DNA of 64,000 nt from Octopus sinensis (lineage: Eukaryota). The notes under the pieces are model-generated. The model was not told the DNA's origin. It saw only the letters and a list, made by a program, of their open reading frames with translations, and searched no databases. This document shows, piece by piece, positions 26,901 through 41,475 of this stretch. The first letter of the stretch is position 1; every line of letters starts with the position of its first letter. The translations under genes and the position numbers were made by a program. The DNA is taken from contig NC_042997.1 of the NCBI RefSeq assembly GCF_006345805.1, forward strand, positions 31,496,001 through 31,560,000, read 5' to 3'.

Positions 26901-28422
26901 GTATATATATATATATATAGATATATATATATACATGTATATACATATATATAAATTTGTATGTATGTATATATATATATATATATTATATATATATCTA
27001 TATATATATATATATTGGGTAAAACGGTAAGATAACAAAGAAAGAAAGAGACCTCAATGTTATGTAAATAGTGGAAATTTATCTGTTAAATAATATGTGA
27101 CAATTAGTCACATATTATTAAGTCAGCAGACAAATTTTCCGTAAATCGCTCTCCTAAGTTCGGAAAAGAGAATATACATCGGATGACGAAGTCGTAGGTA
27201 CATCTGAGAAAGCTAACAAATGGGATGACATAGTTGAAAGGGTTTTGATCATTGTAACTCGTCAGTCAATGCTAAAGCCGGTGCAAAACAACAAAACATC
27301 TGAAACAATAAAAGTAACAAGTTTTACAAGATGAGGAAAAGTATTTAGACTCAGATCAACCCTGATGCAACATAACTATGATGAAGGACCTTCCAGCAAT
27401 GATCATCCAGGTCCCTAGGAGTAGTTTATCTAAAGTTGCCTTTAATTTTAAACGGCAGTATAGTGTGAGGGTCGATCCCGGGATATGTGTCACATATACA
27501 CCCTAACGTCGCAGGAACCGGTCGCACTGCCCGAGGGTTAAATGCTTCAAAAAGATAAACCGGTAAGAGCAAGAGAATTCCAGAGCATGTCCCGAATAAG
27601 CCGGGGAAACGACACTACTCATAGATTTCCCAAGAAAAATCAGGAATTGTAATCTCTGACATAGACGTCTGTAGGCATGATGTTGACGTCTGTAGGCATG
27701 ATACTTAAAGAGAACTAAAAAGAGGGAGAGAGAGAAAGAGAGAGGTTGAATGATTGAATGAAAGAGAAAGAGAGAGAGATTGAATGATTGAATGAGTGAG
27801 GGAGCGAGTGGTTGACTGAGTTTGAGAATTGTATAACATGAGCGCAGTTTGACTTCCATTTTTAGCCAGCCAAGTGACAAACATTTTATCCACCGGCAAT
27901 TTTCAGTATTAGTTAAATAAGAGACTTGCAACTGAAAGAAAACACATTATGACATAACAAGTAAATAAATAAATAAAATAAATAAGAATAGATGAGTGAA
28001 AACCTTGGCAAGTTGGACAACCCCAAAGTAGTAAGTTGTAAGAGTTTAGTAATTTTTCACTCATTTATTCTTATTCATTTATTTATTTTTAATTAATTAT
28101 CTATTTACTTGTATATTTGTTTATTTATTCCGTTTACTTATGCATATGATTGTAATTAATTAATAAATAGATCCAAATGAATGTTTACAGACTGATGTTT
28201 GTCGATTGATTATCCTCTCCATTTTCTTATTTGACTTATAAATTCTGGGTAAATTTATGATTTGCCCCCACTCTTATCTATAATTCAATTGCGATGGTGT
28301 CCTGCAATATTAAGCACTTGGATATAAATACGTAGGTATACATCCAATAGTATAGTGGATATTTATTATCCCTTAGAGGTTTCTCAACGTCTAACTAGTA
28401 TAGACACACACACACACACACC

Positions 28423-28454
<32 letters not shown>

Positions 28455-28480
28455 ATATATATATATATATATAATTTATA

Positions 28481-28518
<38 letters not shown>

Positions 28519-28527
28519 TTATATATT

Positions 28528-28558
<31 letters not shown>

Positions 28559-29049
28559 TTATATATACACATGTATGTATGTATATATATATAATATATA
28601 TATATATAATATATATATTCATAAACATAGCAATACATGCATACATCTATACATAGGTAGTTAAGTTGGTAGCGTAAATGCAAGAATGCAGAGAAAGAGT
28701 ATAAGAAAGACAGAGGCAGAGAGACAGAGAGAGAGACAGGCAGATAAACAGAGAGAGATAGACAAAGAGAGAGAGAGAGAGAGGCAGGCGGACACACAGA
28801 CAGAGAAAGTGAGAGATTAGGGACATGGAGTAAATAAACAAGCAATAAACCTGATTTCTGAGGCCATTTCAATTTACCGATTCGTCATCTAAGAATACAC
28901 AAAGAAAATTTTTTTTTTTAAAGTCAAACAAACAAAAAATTTCCCCAATTAACTTATAGAACCACCCAAGCCACTCATGTAAACAATATTGTTTCAAGCT
29001 CTTACTACTCCTCTCTCTACCTCTTTCTCTCTCTCTCTCTCTCTCTCTC

Positions 29050-29102
<53 letters not shown>

Positions 29103-29721
29103 AGTTCCTCACTAATAGAAGTTGTAGGAATTTTGTGCCAACAGTACGCACTTCTTAAACATTTTCAACATTCGTGTATCTCCTTTTTTTTTTGTTGTTT
29201 TTATTGCCGCTTTTATTTTAATCCTATCTTTAAATCCTTAAGCAAGCTTATCGTAAACTTTCGACAAGAAAAAGAAGAAATAAGAACGCCAACAACAGTA
29301 TCAGCAGCAGCCAATTGTACAAAGTCAACAAAATATATTATTAATATGTATCATAATCACATGCACACACAAACACACACGCACAGATAAATACACTAAC
29401 ACAAATATATTAGCTTACTCATAGACACATCCCTATACGAATAGACACACAAAGACGTACACACGCAATCATATATATATATATATATATATAAATGTAT
29501 GAATGCATGTGTATAGACCAAACACACAAAAATATTGATATACAGAACACTATCGTACATTTGTGTGTGTTTACTCATGAAAACATAGACGTATGTATAT
29601 ATGCATGTACATATATACACATACATTATATATATGTATGATTGATTGATTGATTCTAGTTTGAGCTCATGAGCTGTGGCCATGCTGGGGTACCGCCAAT
29701 GTATGTATATATATTTATTTT

Positions 29722-30152
29722 TTATTCTTTTACTTGTTTCAGTCATTTGACTGCAGCCATGCTGGAGCACCGCCTTTAGTCGAACAAATCGACCCCAGGA
29801 CTGATTCTTTGTAATCCTAGTACTTATTCTATCGGTCTCTTTTGGACGAAGCGCTAAGATGCGGGGTACATAAACGCACCAACATTGGTTGTCAAATGAT
29901 GGTGGAGGGACAAACACAGGCACAAACACACACATATATAATATATAATATACTATATATAATATATATAATATATATATATATATATATGACGTGCTTC
30001 TTTCAGTTTCTGTCTACCAGATCCATTCAGAAGGCTTTTGTTGATCCGAGGCTACAGCAGTAGACATTTGCCCAAGGTGCTAGGCAGTGGGACTGAACCC
30101 GGAACCATGTGGCTAGGAAGCAAACTTCTTACCACACAGCCACGCCTGCGCC
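29722..30152 (-). mobile_element. tRNA-derived SINE family B (CORE-like) with internal (TA)/(TG) microsatellite
   Basis: Reverse complement of ggcgcagg.gtggctgtgtggtaag...gggttcagtcccactg...caccttgggcaa. 3' tail gactgaaacaagtaaaagaa. Confidence 0.9.
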
Positions 30153-30199
<47 letters not shown>

Positions 30200-30765
30200 G
30201 TATGTGTGTGTGTGTGTGTCTCTGCGTAAACATGTAATTCATTTAAAACTTAGGAAAAGATGTAGATGCGTAAAAATACCATATTTCTGAATATTCTGTA
30301 TACAAATAGGTCAATGTACGAATAATTTTTAAAAGGGCGTTTATACATTTATGATTTACTGAAAGTTTATATCAATGAGTTGTTTAGAAAAAGGTTTAAT
30401 AGATCGTAATCTAAGTAACAATGAATTCAAATTTGAACGAATACACGCTGTGTAGTTGCATATTCTAAAGTTACGTAACAGGATAAGTATGTACTTTATT
30501 TTAGTATGAGAGAAATGGAGGAAACCATTTTGATCTTTATGCCACAGAAAGTAATAGCGAAACCACTGCATGTGGAGAAACAGGAGAGGGAATTCGGAAC
30601 ATATCTTATATTGGTTTCCAATTTGGGCTCAATCGATTGTATGGACGCCAGTTCGACCTCGGCGGAATTTGAACCCGGAACGTAAGCAGAGACTTATGAC
30701 ACGTGTTATATTAACGAATACATTATTATATTAAAGAATACATGACAACATATTCCAGCCTTGAA

Positions 30766-30962
30766 AGGTGGCGAGCTGGCAGAAACGTTAGTACGCCAGG
30801 CGAAATGCTTAGCAGTATTTCGTCTGTATTTACGCTCTGAGTTTAAATTCCGCTGAGGTCGACTTTGCCTTTCATCCTTTCGGGGTCGATAAATTAAGTA
30901 CCAGTAGCGTATTGGGTCAATCTAATCGAATTTAGGGCCTAGTGCCTAGAGTAGAAAAGAAT
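30766..30962 (+). mobile_element. SINE family A (alternative tail)
   Basis: Family A head and body; tail gggcctagtgcctagagtagaaaaga. Confidence 0.85.
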
Positions 30963-32574
30963 GAGAAGGCTGCGCTGCTTGACCAAACACATTTTATCGT
31001 TTCCGATTTCCTGGAACGGTTGCAAGGTGACCGAGCCAACAGATGGTATAGCAGAGGATCAGTAAAATGACTATAAGATAGTATGCATCTTGATCATCAT
31101 CGATAAATTTCTCGTGTGTGATCTGCCGAAAATTCATTTTACGCATACATCTTAAACGTGAAAATCTATTCACTACTGGTTGACCATTGACTAGCCTATG
31201 TTCCTTAACATTTTTTTTGTTTTTAATCTTCAAAGGTGTCCAAAAATCATCCACTTCACCAAGTAGCTTTGGGAGTACTTTGTAACGGGCTATTCGGTTA
31301 TATGTTAGTCGCGCGTAGTACTCGCAAGCAATGTGTTGTCATTGACCCCAATTCAATGTGTTACACTGAAAAATAAACTGGGATAGATAAAGATCTTTTT
31401 TTTTTTGCAGATTTAATCGATTTAAAAGAAATCAAAGCATCTGTGCATATGCACATGAAATCTATGAAGGTAACACCTGTGTGTAAACAGATCTCATCAA
31501 ACTCACTTTTTCCACTTAACGACTTTACAACGAATTTATGCATAGCTACATCAAATAACTCTCAGAATTAGTTAATTTCACTTCAGATAACTTATTCTTG
31601 TGATTCTGGTACGCATATGTGTGTATTCTTGTTTGTGAAATTTGTTTTTCGCTTATGAATTCTCTGTCCTTTGAATTGACGACCTGATCTGTAGTCCTCT
31701 GTCTAGTAGTCGCAAATATAGTTTAACTTTGTTGGGTTATTCAAAATTTGTGCGTAAAATTCCTTATGATGATTTAATCCATTTAAGTGCTGTTCATGCA
31801 CAGCAATGGTCAAGGTCTTTAAACGGAACCAACTGCTTTTTTCCGTGTGTTTTTGTTGTTATAATATATATATGCTCTGCTATAAGTTATCGACTGTATC
31901 CATATTTTAAAAGTACAGTGTCATGGAATTCGAGGACGATTTAGCCGCTGTTTATAGAATATCATGAAATCCTCTAGTTTCATTACCAATAAATAGCATT
32001 AATGGTGGATCGCCGAACTAAATGGCATGTCTAGTATACTTTTATGATGGACAATTAATGTTCAGAGTTCAAAAAGTGATGAGATTTACTCTTAACATTC
32101 ATCCATCTACGGGTCACCCAACTGTGAACTCGTCATGCATTGGAATGCATTCTATTGATCAAATTTCTCACTCAAGTTCATGAAATTAATATTTTTTCAG
32201 TTGGTGTTGCCTGGATATCAATGGGTAAAACCTAATAAGCAGTAACATTTACGTAATTTTCACCTTTTATTAAAACCCTTTTACTTTACGCGAGTCAACG
32301 ACACTAATTTACGGAGTCTACCTCGTTGCCTGAAATAGTAGCATAATCTTTCCTATAACATACTCTTTCATTATAAAAGTCGGTAAGACACTGAGTAATC
32401 TAATCTTAGAACAATTATAGAAAGAAAAAAAAATGCACAGACAAGTTGATGACCACTGGATCACCTTCGTTTTTCAGGTCTGCTCAGTCAGAGTTGCACG
32501 AGGCTTAAACAACTTTCATTATTAACATTTTTGGGAAAGACATAAAAATTGGATCTCCCATTTCCTCACACAAG

Positions 32575-33159
32575 AAAAGGTTGTTTATGGAAGGCCAGCA
32601 GTCGCCCACGCGTACCAGCCACCCCTCTCCATGCTACCAATGTTATCGAAGGGAAAGGCAAAGGCCGATACACCTTGGCACCAGCGACGTCGCAGCTCAT
32701 TTATTAACGTGCAAGTGGCTGAGCACTCAACAGACACGTGTACACTTAACGTAGTTCTTGGGGAGATTCAGCGTGACACAGAGTGTGACAAGACTGGTCC
32801 TTTGAAATACATGTACAACAGAAACAGGAAGAAAGAGTGAGAGAAAGTTGTGGTGAAAGAGTACAGCAGGGTTCGCCACCATCCTCTGCTGGAGCCTCGT
32901 GGAAGTTTAGGTGTTTTCGTTCAAGAAACACTCACAATGCCCGGTCTGGGAATTGAGACCGCGGTTCTACGACCGCTAGTCCGCTGCCCTAACCACTGGG
33001 CCATTGCGCCTCCACAGGTACAACTCATTTCTACCAGCTGAGTGGACAGGGCCAACGTGAAATAAAGTGTCTTGCTCAAGGACAAAACGCTCAGTCAGGA
33101 AACGAACTCACGACTGTAATTATCATGAGTCGAATACCCTAACCATTAAGCCACGCGCC

Positions 33160-33162
<3 letters not shown>
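32575..33162 (-). mobile_element. Composite of SINE modules: C head/core (33017-33162), D-head/C-tail hybrid (32703-33015), alternative tail (32575-32702)
   Basis: Segments align separately to 56026-56170, to 50162-50340 and to 56165-56275. Confidence 0.75.
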
Positions 33163-33218
<56 letters not shown>

Positions 33219-33599
33219 TTCTATCGAGAAGAGTGAAACAAGGCAGAATTGGTGTGTCCCAAAAATAAAAGTGAAAGTGGTTACGTCCTTCACGAGAAAG
33301 ATTGGAAATTTTTTGCGGAAGAACTGGTTGTTAGGATTTCTGCGTGTCAGGTTAGACGTGGTGCCAAATTACCTCTTGTTTGCTCTACAACACTTACGAC
33401 GCGAATTATGGAGATGAAGCATTCAGTTAGTTGTAACCACCTTGTAATGTGAGAAATATATTGAAACAGGACAAAGTAAATACGTTACTTATTGTGATGC
33501 AGTTGCAGTGTAATATTTCTTTTAAGCAACGAAGGTTCTCTTCAGCTGTCACCGCTAACATATCGCTTATTGTGTTCATACCCATATATATGTGTATAT

Positions 33600-33623
33600 G
33601 TGTACATTCATATGTATACATAC

Positions 33624-33658
<35 letters not shown>

Positions 33659-33807
33659 ATATATATATTATATATATATACACATATATATATATACACA
33701 TATATATATATGTATACACACATATATATATATATATATATACATACATATATATATATACATATATATATACATATATATATATGTATACACACGCATA
33801 TATATAT

Positions 33808-33876
<69 letters not shown>

Positions 33877-33928
33877 CATTTATATATATATACATATATA
33901 TATACATATATATATAATACATAATATA

Positions 33929-34000
<72 letters not shown>
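33600..34000. repeat. Long (TA)n-rich microsatellite (representative; many others, e.g. 1345-1570, 1990-2330, 18280-18750, 19380-20070, 26830-27015, 28400-28620, 39320-39730)
   Basis: Seen directly. Confidence 0.97.
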
Positions 34001-34003
<3 letters not shown>

Positions 34004-34475
34004 TATATTATATTGAGGGTACTACTATTCGTAGATACCAACACGCTAAGAGGGACCAATGCGGTCAAACTACTAAAAATAAACAAAATTTTACCGAATG
34101 CAAAACTTCAAAACACATCATTTTAAAAAAGAATTCAGTTACATATCACATGTGATTTCGCATTTAAATGCAGAATATGCATTTTTATGTTCATCAGCAT
34201 ATTCTGCATTTAAATGCGAAATCACATGTGATATGTAACTGAATTCTTTTTTAAAATGATGTTTTTGAAGTTTTGCATTTGGTAAAATTTTGTTTATTTT
34301 TAGTAGTTTTGACCGCATTGGTCCCTCTTAGCGTGTTGGTATCTACGAATAGTAGTACCCTCAATATAATATAAATGAATATTTTCAAAGAGGAAGAATT
34401 TACGGATTTTTTCTCTACGAGGTTTTTCACGCTGACTACTGATAATTTCTTTTAAAGATTTTATCCTAAATTGTT
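34001..34475. mobile_element. Penelope-like terminal remnant with 5' inversion (180-bp near-perfect palindrome)
   Basis: Arms 34001-34180 and 34197-34376 are reverse complements with about 3 differences and a 16-nt spacer. HHR core at the apex. Flanked by (TA)n. Confidence 0.7.
34140..34200 (-). ncRNA. Hammerhead ribozyme motif, probably crippled
   Basis: Minus strand: aug-CUGAUGA-acau...augc-GAAA-ucacauguga-UA-ugu. Canonical core and palindromic stem III, but an A.C mismatch closes stem II and the 5' strand of stem I comes from the inversion junction. Confidence 0.6.
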
Positions 34476-35004
34476 AATATATATATATATATATATATAT
34501 GCACGCACACACACATACACACACAAAGACACACATGCATATTATTTGCGTATGTGTTTCCGCGTACCTTTGTCCATGTTTCTTCACATACATGTGTGTA
34601 TGGATGCATGTATATTAGATATAGATATGTGTGTGGATGTGTGTGTCTGCGCGCGCGCGTGTACGTGATAAAGGGAGAGAGAGTGAAGAGTAATTCTCTT
34701 GGCATACAGGAAGCATTTCATGTAAACAAATCAACCCCAATACTCTTAGAATTCATCAGCTATTCCCTGTCAAAGTAGAAATCAACCATATTACTACAGA
34801 GCAAAAAGGAAATTAAAGCCAGCCTTATGTCCATGAGAAGTCATATCTTCTGTGGCAACGACTCATTATCGACTCTACAGTCTTTTGTCCAGTTCCGATA
34901 CGATCTGTTAAATTAAACCATCTATAGTCATGTTACAGTCAAATTATAGATCATCTCTCTATGAATGATTTAAAAAATATTTGCAAATTACAGATTGCTC
35001 ATAT

Positions 35005-35406
35005 CTCTTTTACTCTTTTACTTCTTTCAGTCATTTGACTGCGTCCATGCTGGAGCACCACCTTTAATCGAGCAAATTGACCCCGGGACTTATTCTTTGT
35101 AAGCCCAGTACTTATTCTATCGGTCTCTTTTGCTGAACCGCTAAGTGACGGGGACATAAACACACCAGCATCGGTTGTCAAGCAATGCTAGGGGGACAAA
35201 CACACACACGCACATACAATATATATATATATACATATATATACGACGGGCTTCTTTCAGTTTCCCTCTACCAAATCCACTCACAAGTATTTCGTCGGCC
35301 CGAGGCTATAGTAGAAGACAGCTGCCCAACGTGTCACGCAGTGGGACTGAACCCGGAACCATGTGGTTGGTAAGCAAGCTACTTACCACACAGCCACTCC
35401 TGCGCC
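35005..35406 (-). mobile_element. SINE family B
   Basis: Full-length reverse-complement match to the other B copies. Confidence 0.9.
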
Positions 35407-36224
35407 TATATATTCAACTATAACATACAAATGAATATGCTATGAGTAAAACATGTCAACGCTAGCATAAAACTTAACAAAATAACTAAGGAGAACAGTA
35501 AATGAGATACAGACATGGGAATCATAGAATCAGGTCATGGCCAGCAATGGAAATGATTGGAAGTAGTTAAAACTGATAAAATATCACGCAGAGAAACGAC
35601 TAAAATTACAAAATAGGACACCCTGTAAAATAAATAGTATTGCAGAAGAAGTATTAATATTAAAACGTTCACTCAATGCTAGAAATCGCTTGTCTGCAAC
35701 CCTAGCTACTTTGAACACGGTGGTGATTCTATGTTCATTTTGAGGTACTGATTCCAGACATGACATCAAATTTTGTCGAACATGTGAACTTCAGCAGCAA
35801 AGCACCATTGGCTAGAAATACAAAATTGCTCAATTTTAGAAGAATTTCGCATGGTGTGATTTTTTTTTCACACTATTCTGTCCATTTCAATGAGAAGTAA
35901 CCTCTACAAGAAGTCTTAAGGCGATAGATAAATTCATTTCTTACGACGCCTCTATGCCATAACCACCTCTTTATTTTAGAGGGTGCCTCGTCCTATAACT
36001 TGCTACATATTTCAACGATATTGGACAGTATTTTTAAAAACTCACTTTTATTCATATTTATCATGTTTCATATGTGTTAAAAGTGTATAAATTTTTTATT
36101 TTGTTTATAATTTTATCATTTTTATAATCTTATTTTCATTCCTGTTGGATCATGCTTATCTGTCCACGACAGCTTTTTTTCAATTTGGCTGCAAATCATT
36201 TTCTCTACATCAATCGATAGGGTG

Positions 36225-36490
36225 TAACAATAAGTTTAGCTGAACTTATAGACTGCATTCAGTTAGCAGTGCAAGAGACAACTCCTGAAATGTTCCAAAA
36301 TGTGTTTCGTAAAGCTCAGAATAGATTTGAAATTTGCAGGGATACAGACGAAGTACATGTTGAAAAATTTCAATAAAATTTTGACGTAAGATTTATAAAT
36401 CTATTTGTTTTGGTATCATGGTTAAGTAATAAACAAAAAATTATCATTCGTTTTTTCTTTTTAAATTTGCCCGATTTCATTGAAATACAT
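36225..36490 (+). pseudogene. C-terminal fragment of a Tc1/mariner-superfamily transposase
   Basis: SLAELIDCIQLAVQETTPEMFQNVFRKAQNRFEICRDTDEVHVE* resembles the L.EL..I..A...I..EML.NV.....R...C....G.H.E transposase ending. Confidence 0.55.
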
Positions 36491-37813
36491 AATTAATTAT
36501 GGGACAATGTATTAAAATAAAGAAGTTAGAGAACAAGGCAGCTAAGTAATAGGCTAATTATAAAAACAGGATCCCACACCACCAAAAATATTACATGATA
36601 CAGCATAGTCCAAGAAAACTTTTTTCCATATTAAATCCTTAAAACAGAGAAGTATTTGCTACAGATTTTTTTAAACTAGAGAAAGTATCAACTGACAGTT
36701 GTTATTAACTGAGAAATTTTGGGGTGACAGCAGTAGCTTCGAACGTCGGGGAGTAGGAGTAGGTTTTGCAATCAAATCTAGTCTGATCCGCAAGCTAACC
36801 AGACCCCCAAATGAACTGAATGACCAACCGATGTCGCTGTGGATCCCCTCTTCCATCAGATGAAAGCGCTATGGCACCATCATCAGAGGCTACCCCCACC
36901 ACCATGACTAACCTGAGGAGGTCAAAGACAAGTTTTATGAAAACTTGGAAACACCCATTGCAGCTGTGTAGATAAATACCTTATGAAGAATAGCATTGGA
37001 AAATTGTTTTCCTCGATACCGATTAGTCGTACATTATATCTAAAGAAAATATATGAAACATTGAAATAGGTCCTGAGGTTTAAAGCGAGTTGTATATTGT
37101 TTAGTCAATAAAACAATTACGCAGATGCCCTTTGTTTATAGCGCAGCCAAGTTAGAAGAGATAATCACAGGAGAAAGAATAGCAAAAAAAATTATGTCTA
37201 TGTCAGAAAGCACACCAACAATCTAATAATTAGGAAACATGTTGCCAGAGCTTGATGACAAACTACTTTTGAAGAAATAATTTATAAAAGATTTAGATTA
37301 AGTAGGTGACGGCCTTCGTAAGTGTCTGGAAACCTATTTTCTTTAAGGCAGGGCACACTGAAAATAAATATCTTTAATGAGCCCAAGATAAGAGAATTAA
37401 AGAATGATGAGCTGTTCATGAGTTTAGTAAAAATCTGTTGTGTAAAATGACTGCGTAGTATTTATAAGGCCAAGAAATGAGAAAATAGAAGTAAAAGTAA
37501 ATAAATCAAACCAGAACTCACAACGATGCACGTTTTAAAAGATAGTTCCGCGAGGCAGCTTACATCTGACCTAAGATATTCAAAGTGTATGCACAGTTCA
37601 AACGGTACATTTTCTGCACAAAGCACGCACCCAACTGGTAAACATCTAATGAAATGACACAACTCACACTACACATATTCTCCAGACTACAACCTTTTTC
37701 CATGCTTACAAGATCTGGAAATTATGGAACTTCATTCCAAAATTTGAAGACGCATGGTTTTTCTCGGGAAAGATACAGTAGTGGTTTCTTGTTTCCTTCT
37801 GTCGGTTTATTTA

Positions 37814-37954
37814 TTAGGTTGTCCCAAAAGTTCGTAAACACTTGCGAAAATTGAAATTTTACTCGCCAAGTACTAACAAAAACAACAAAAATTATTCCTC
37901 AAAATAAAGAACATTATTTTCAAAGACTTTCTACGAACTTTTGGGACAACCTTA
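37814..37954. mobile_element. Mariner-type MITE (141 bp)
   Basis: TIRs ttaggttgtcccaaaagttcgta / tacgaacttttgggacaacctta. TA TSD. Confidence 0.85.
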
Positions 37955-39316
37955 TAGTTAAGCAATCTCCTGTTTTCCGGAAATCGCTCTTGATGTAAAT
38001 CATTTATGTAACGTTTAAGCTGGCAAAATTGTGAAAGTGACATCAGAGCATGTGCACACATCTGTGCACCTATGTGGTACATGGCCAGAAGTCAGACCAC
38101 CTCGGAATCTTTATATTCCTTAGCCACAGAACCAACTGCTATCTGGCTCATAACGAGAGAGAGTAACAAATACTATAACTTCAGGACAGAGCGAAGCTGG
38201 GAATAAAGGGGAGCAAGGGATAACTCTATACTCTCCAAACTCCTGAACTTTTCAGCGAGATCCTCACCATTGGTTGCAGTTTAACGTCTCTTTCCCAGGA
38301 CAACGGAATAGCCGCCAAACAACATAGCACAACACATGTTCTTTACAATCACTATCCTACACCCAAAACTTACTCTACGTTACCGTCACCTGACACATTA
38401 ATACATACGCATCACGCGTATATTATATGCAGTTGCTAGCCATCACTATAACATTATACACTCTATACATACTTGACACCACTCTAAATACGAGAACATA
38501 ACACAAACATTATCCAAGAAAATGATACAATTCACACTGCAATTATTCAACATATGATAGAAGCCAACTCGGGACCGGATAAGACCACTTTCTAAACACA
38601 GTAAGTCTGTGAAAATGTTCTGAGAGTCTAAGAAATTCCAGTGCGTAAATTTGTTTTGAGTGGATAAAGTGTTGCACAGCATAATCCACATTTTAGCTAT
38701 AATAACAGTAGCCCAACGTAGGTTGAGACGACCAGAAACCAACTACACGTTTTTTATACCATTTTATCTTCCTTTAGAAGGTTCTAAAGAGAACTAGGGT
38801 CCTGAACTCCTAGTTGTTCACATGCTGTTAACCAACAGCCAGGACCCTAACACGTGCTGCTACTCCAGATTTGAGTATACTTCGGATCGATGGTGGCTAA
38901 GAGGTGGTCTCACAATTTTAAAATCCCAGGAACTCCGAATCAGAGCCCCACTCGGATGTAGCTTAAAGTTATACACATGACAAACCATTCACAACATACA
39001 AAACACTAGAATAATCCTAAGAGCAATAAAATGATATCCACATTCAGGCTAATCTGATGTAGTTATATAAACATGATTGTATATTGCGAAAGACAATGCT
39101 TCAAAGAACTCAGAAATAGGAAGGTGCACCTGATTTTGGAGTTGGAACTTGCATTAAAAAAAAAAACTTGGAATCATAATAATGGCAAGAGCAATAATAA
39201 TAATGGCTTTTTTGTTTGTTTTTGCTTGACAGGGAACACGAATACAAACCATTTAGGTATATTTTCAGAATTTTTTCTGCATGAGAGAGTGTGTGTGTTT
39301 GTGTGTGAGAGCGTGC

Positions 39317-39360
<44 letters not shown>

Positions 39361-39424
39361 TAATACACACTCTCATATATATATGCGTGTGTGTGTGAAT
39401 GTGTGTGTATATGGGAATATATAT

Positions 39425-39468
<44 letters not shown>

Positions 39469-39586
39469 ATATGTATATATATATATGTATATATAATATA
39501 TATATATATATATATATCTATATATATATATATATATACCTATCTAGTGATGTATGTGTGTGAGTACACATATATATGCTCACCCG

Positions 39587-39626
<40 letters not shown>

Positions 39627-40081
39627 TTCATGTATGCACATATATATTATTTATACCATATCTATCGATATGTGTGTTTATATACACACACATATACACA
39701 CAAACACACACATACAAACATATATATATACAAATATATGCAAACGTATATTACATGCATTCATATACGCATAAACATACAAATAAACATACGTAAGAGA
39801 AATGCGTAGACACCCCTTACGTATATAGCTTGCACAATTCAAACCCAAAGCAAAACACCAGAAAAAGCAATACATTGTTTTGTGTTGAGGAATTTATTGA
39901 ATACCTCGAATTATTCTTTATCTTTGTCGTTCCGCTTCATTGAGCCAATCACGGTTGAACAATGGATTGTCTATGGAATGCTGCGCTATACATTGTTCAC
40001 TGACTTCAGTCAACCGAGTGTGCGTTGTAGCAAGAACGGGAAAACAATACTGCTGCTGTATAGAGAACATCACAACGTAAA

Positions 40082-40116
<35 letters not shown>

Positions 40117-40128
40117 ATAATAATAATA

Positions 40129-40179
<51 letters not shown>

Positions 40180-40195
40180 TATAATAATAATGATG

Positions 40196-40282
<87 letters not shown>

Positions 40283-40975
40283 CAACAGCAGCAGCAACAA
40301 AATAAGACGAACTAATTCAAGCCAACTATTGAGCCTCTACCTGATCATTCCACCCGCTAGAAATAGCTGACAAATCTTCTTTTAGTCAAATCGCCCAATT
40401 TTGAAGAATTGAAGAATGAGGGATTAGCCTGACCAAAAAAAAAAAAGAAAAAACAAAAAAAGAAATAGATAAAACAAATAAATAAATAAAAACCGTATGT
40501 TTGTAGTTTCAATCTCTTTAATTATAGATCACGATTGGGATTGATCTGAGGGTAGACAACTACAACGACGACTATGACAACGACGACGGGGAGGAAGAGG
40601 AGGAGGAGGAGGATTTGACGAGGTAGCGTTTGCGTTGTTGCTTTAGCGACCTGTAACAGTAACCGCATCTTGTTAACTTACATAGTAATGTCTTCGTAAA
40701 AGCATGTACATCGAAATACTGTAGTCCTAGATGCACTACGTCTGAACGAAAGAACTGAAAATTATGACATTTATCCTGGTTGGCGTAGTTGCTACGTCAA
40801 TTCTAACCTGAGTTGCGTAGTAATTGGACGTGGTAGAGGTAACAGTTAAATATATATATGAGCGCGAGCGTATGTTTGTGTGTATGTGTGTGTGTGTGTG
40901 TGTTTGTGTGTATATGTGTTGTGTATAAACATATATATTGATAGATATATAGCTTAAATAATATATATGTTTTTA

Positions 40976-41439
40976 AGAGTGGATGTGTGGTAAGCAGCTT
41001 GCTTACCAACCACGTGATTCCGGAATCAGTCTTACTGCGTGGCACCTTGGGCAAGTGTCATGTACTATAGCCACGGACCGACCAAAGCCATGTGAGTGGA
41101 TTTGGTAGATGGAAACTGAATGAAGCCCGTCGTATATATATATATATATACACATGTGTGTGTGGGGGGGAGAACTCTTAAAAAAACAGGTGTGGTTTGG
41201 TCATCAGTCTTCCCCTTTTTCCTTTTTTTTCCTTCTTTCTTTCTTTAGTCACCTCTTCCAATCATTTATTTTTGGAGGGAATTTCTTGATGAAATTTAGT
41301 ACTGCATAAAAAACATTTGCATAACATTTGCATATTAACAATTTGAATACATCAAACAATAAATAGAAAAAAGTAAAAAATTATATAAATACATATATAC
41401 ATACATACATGCATACATACATGCATATACATACATACA

Positions 41440-41475
<36 letters not shown>

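Noticed and set aside
27975-28080. AT-rich inverted repeat (aataagaatagatgagtgaaaa / ttttcactcatttattcttatt)
   Set aside because: Real but short and low-complexity, with no TSD or family assignment.
36700-39000. Possible highly decayed LINE (A/C-rich, non-microsatellite stretch)
   Set aside because: I could not recover a convincing EN, RT or ORF1 motif by eye. BLASTx is needed.
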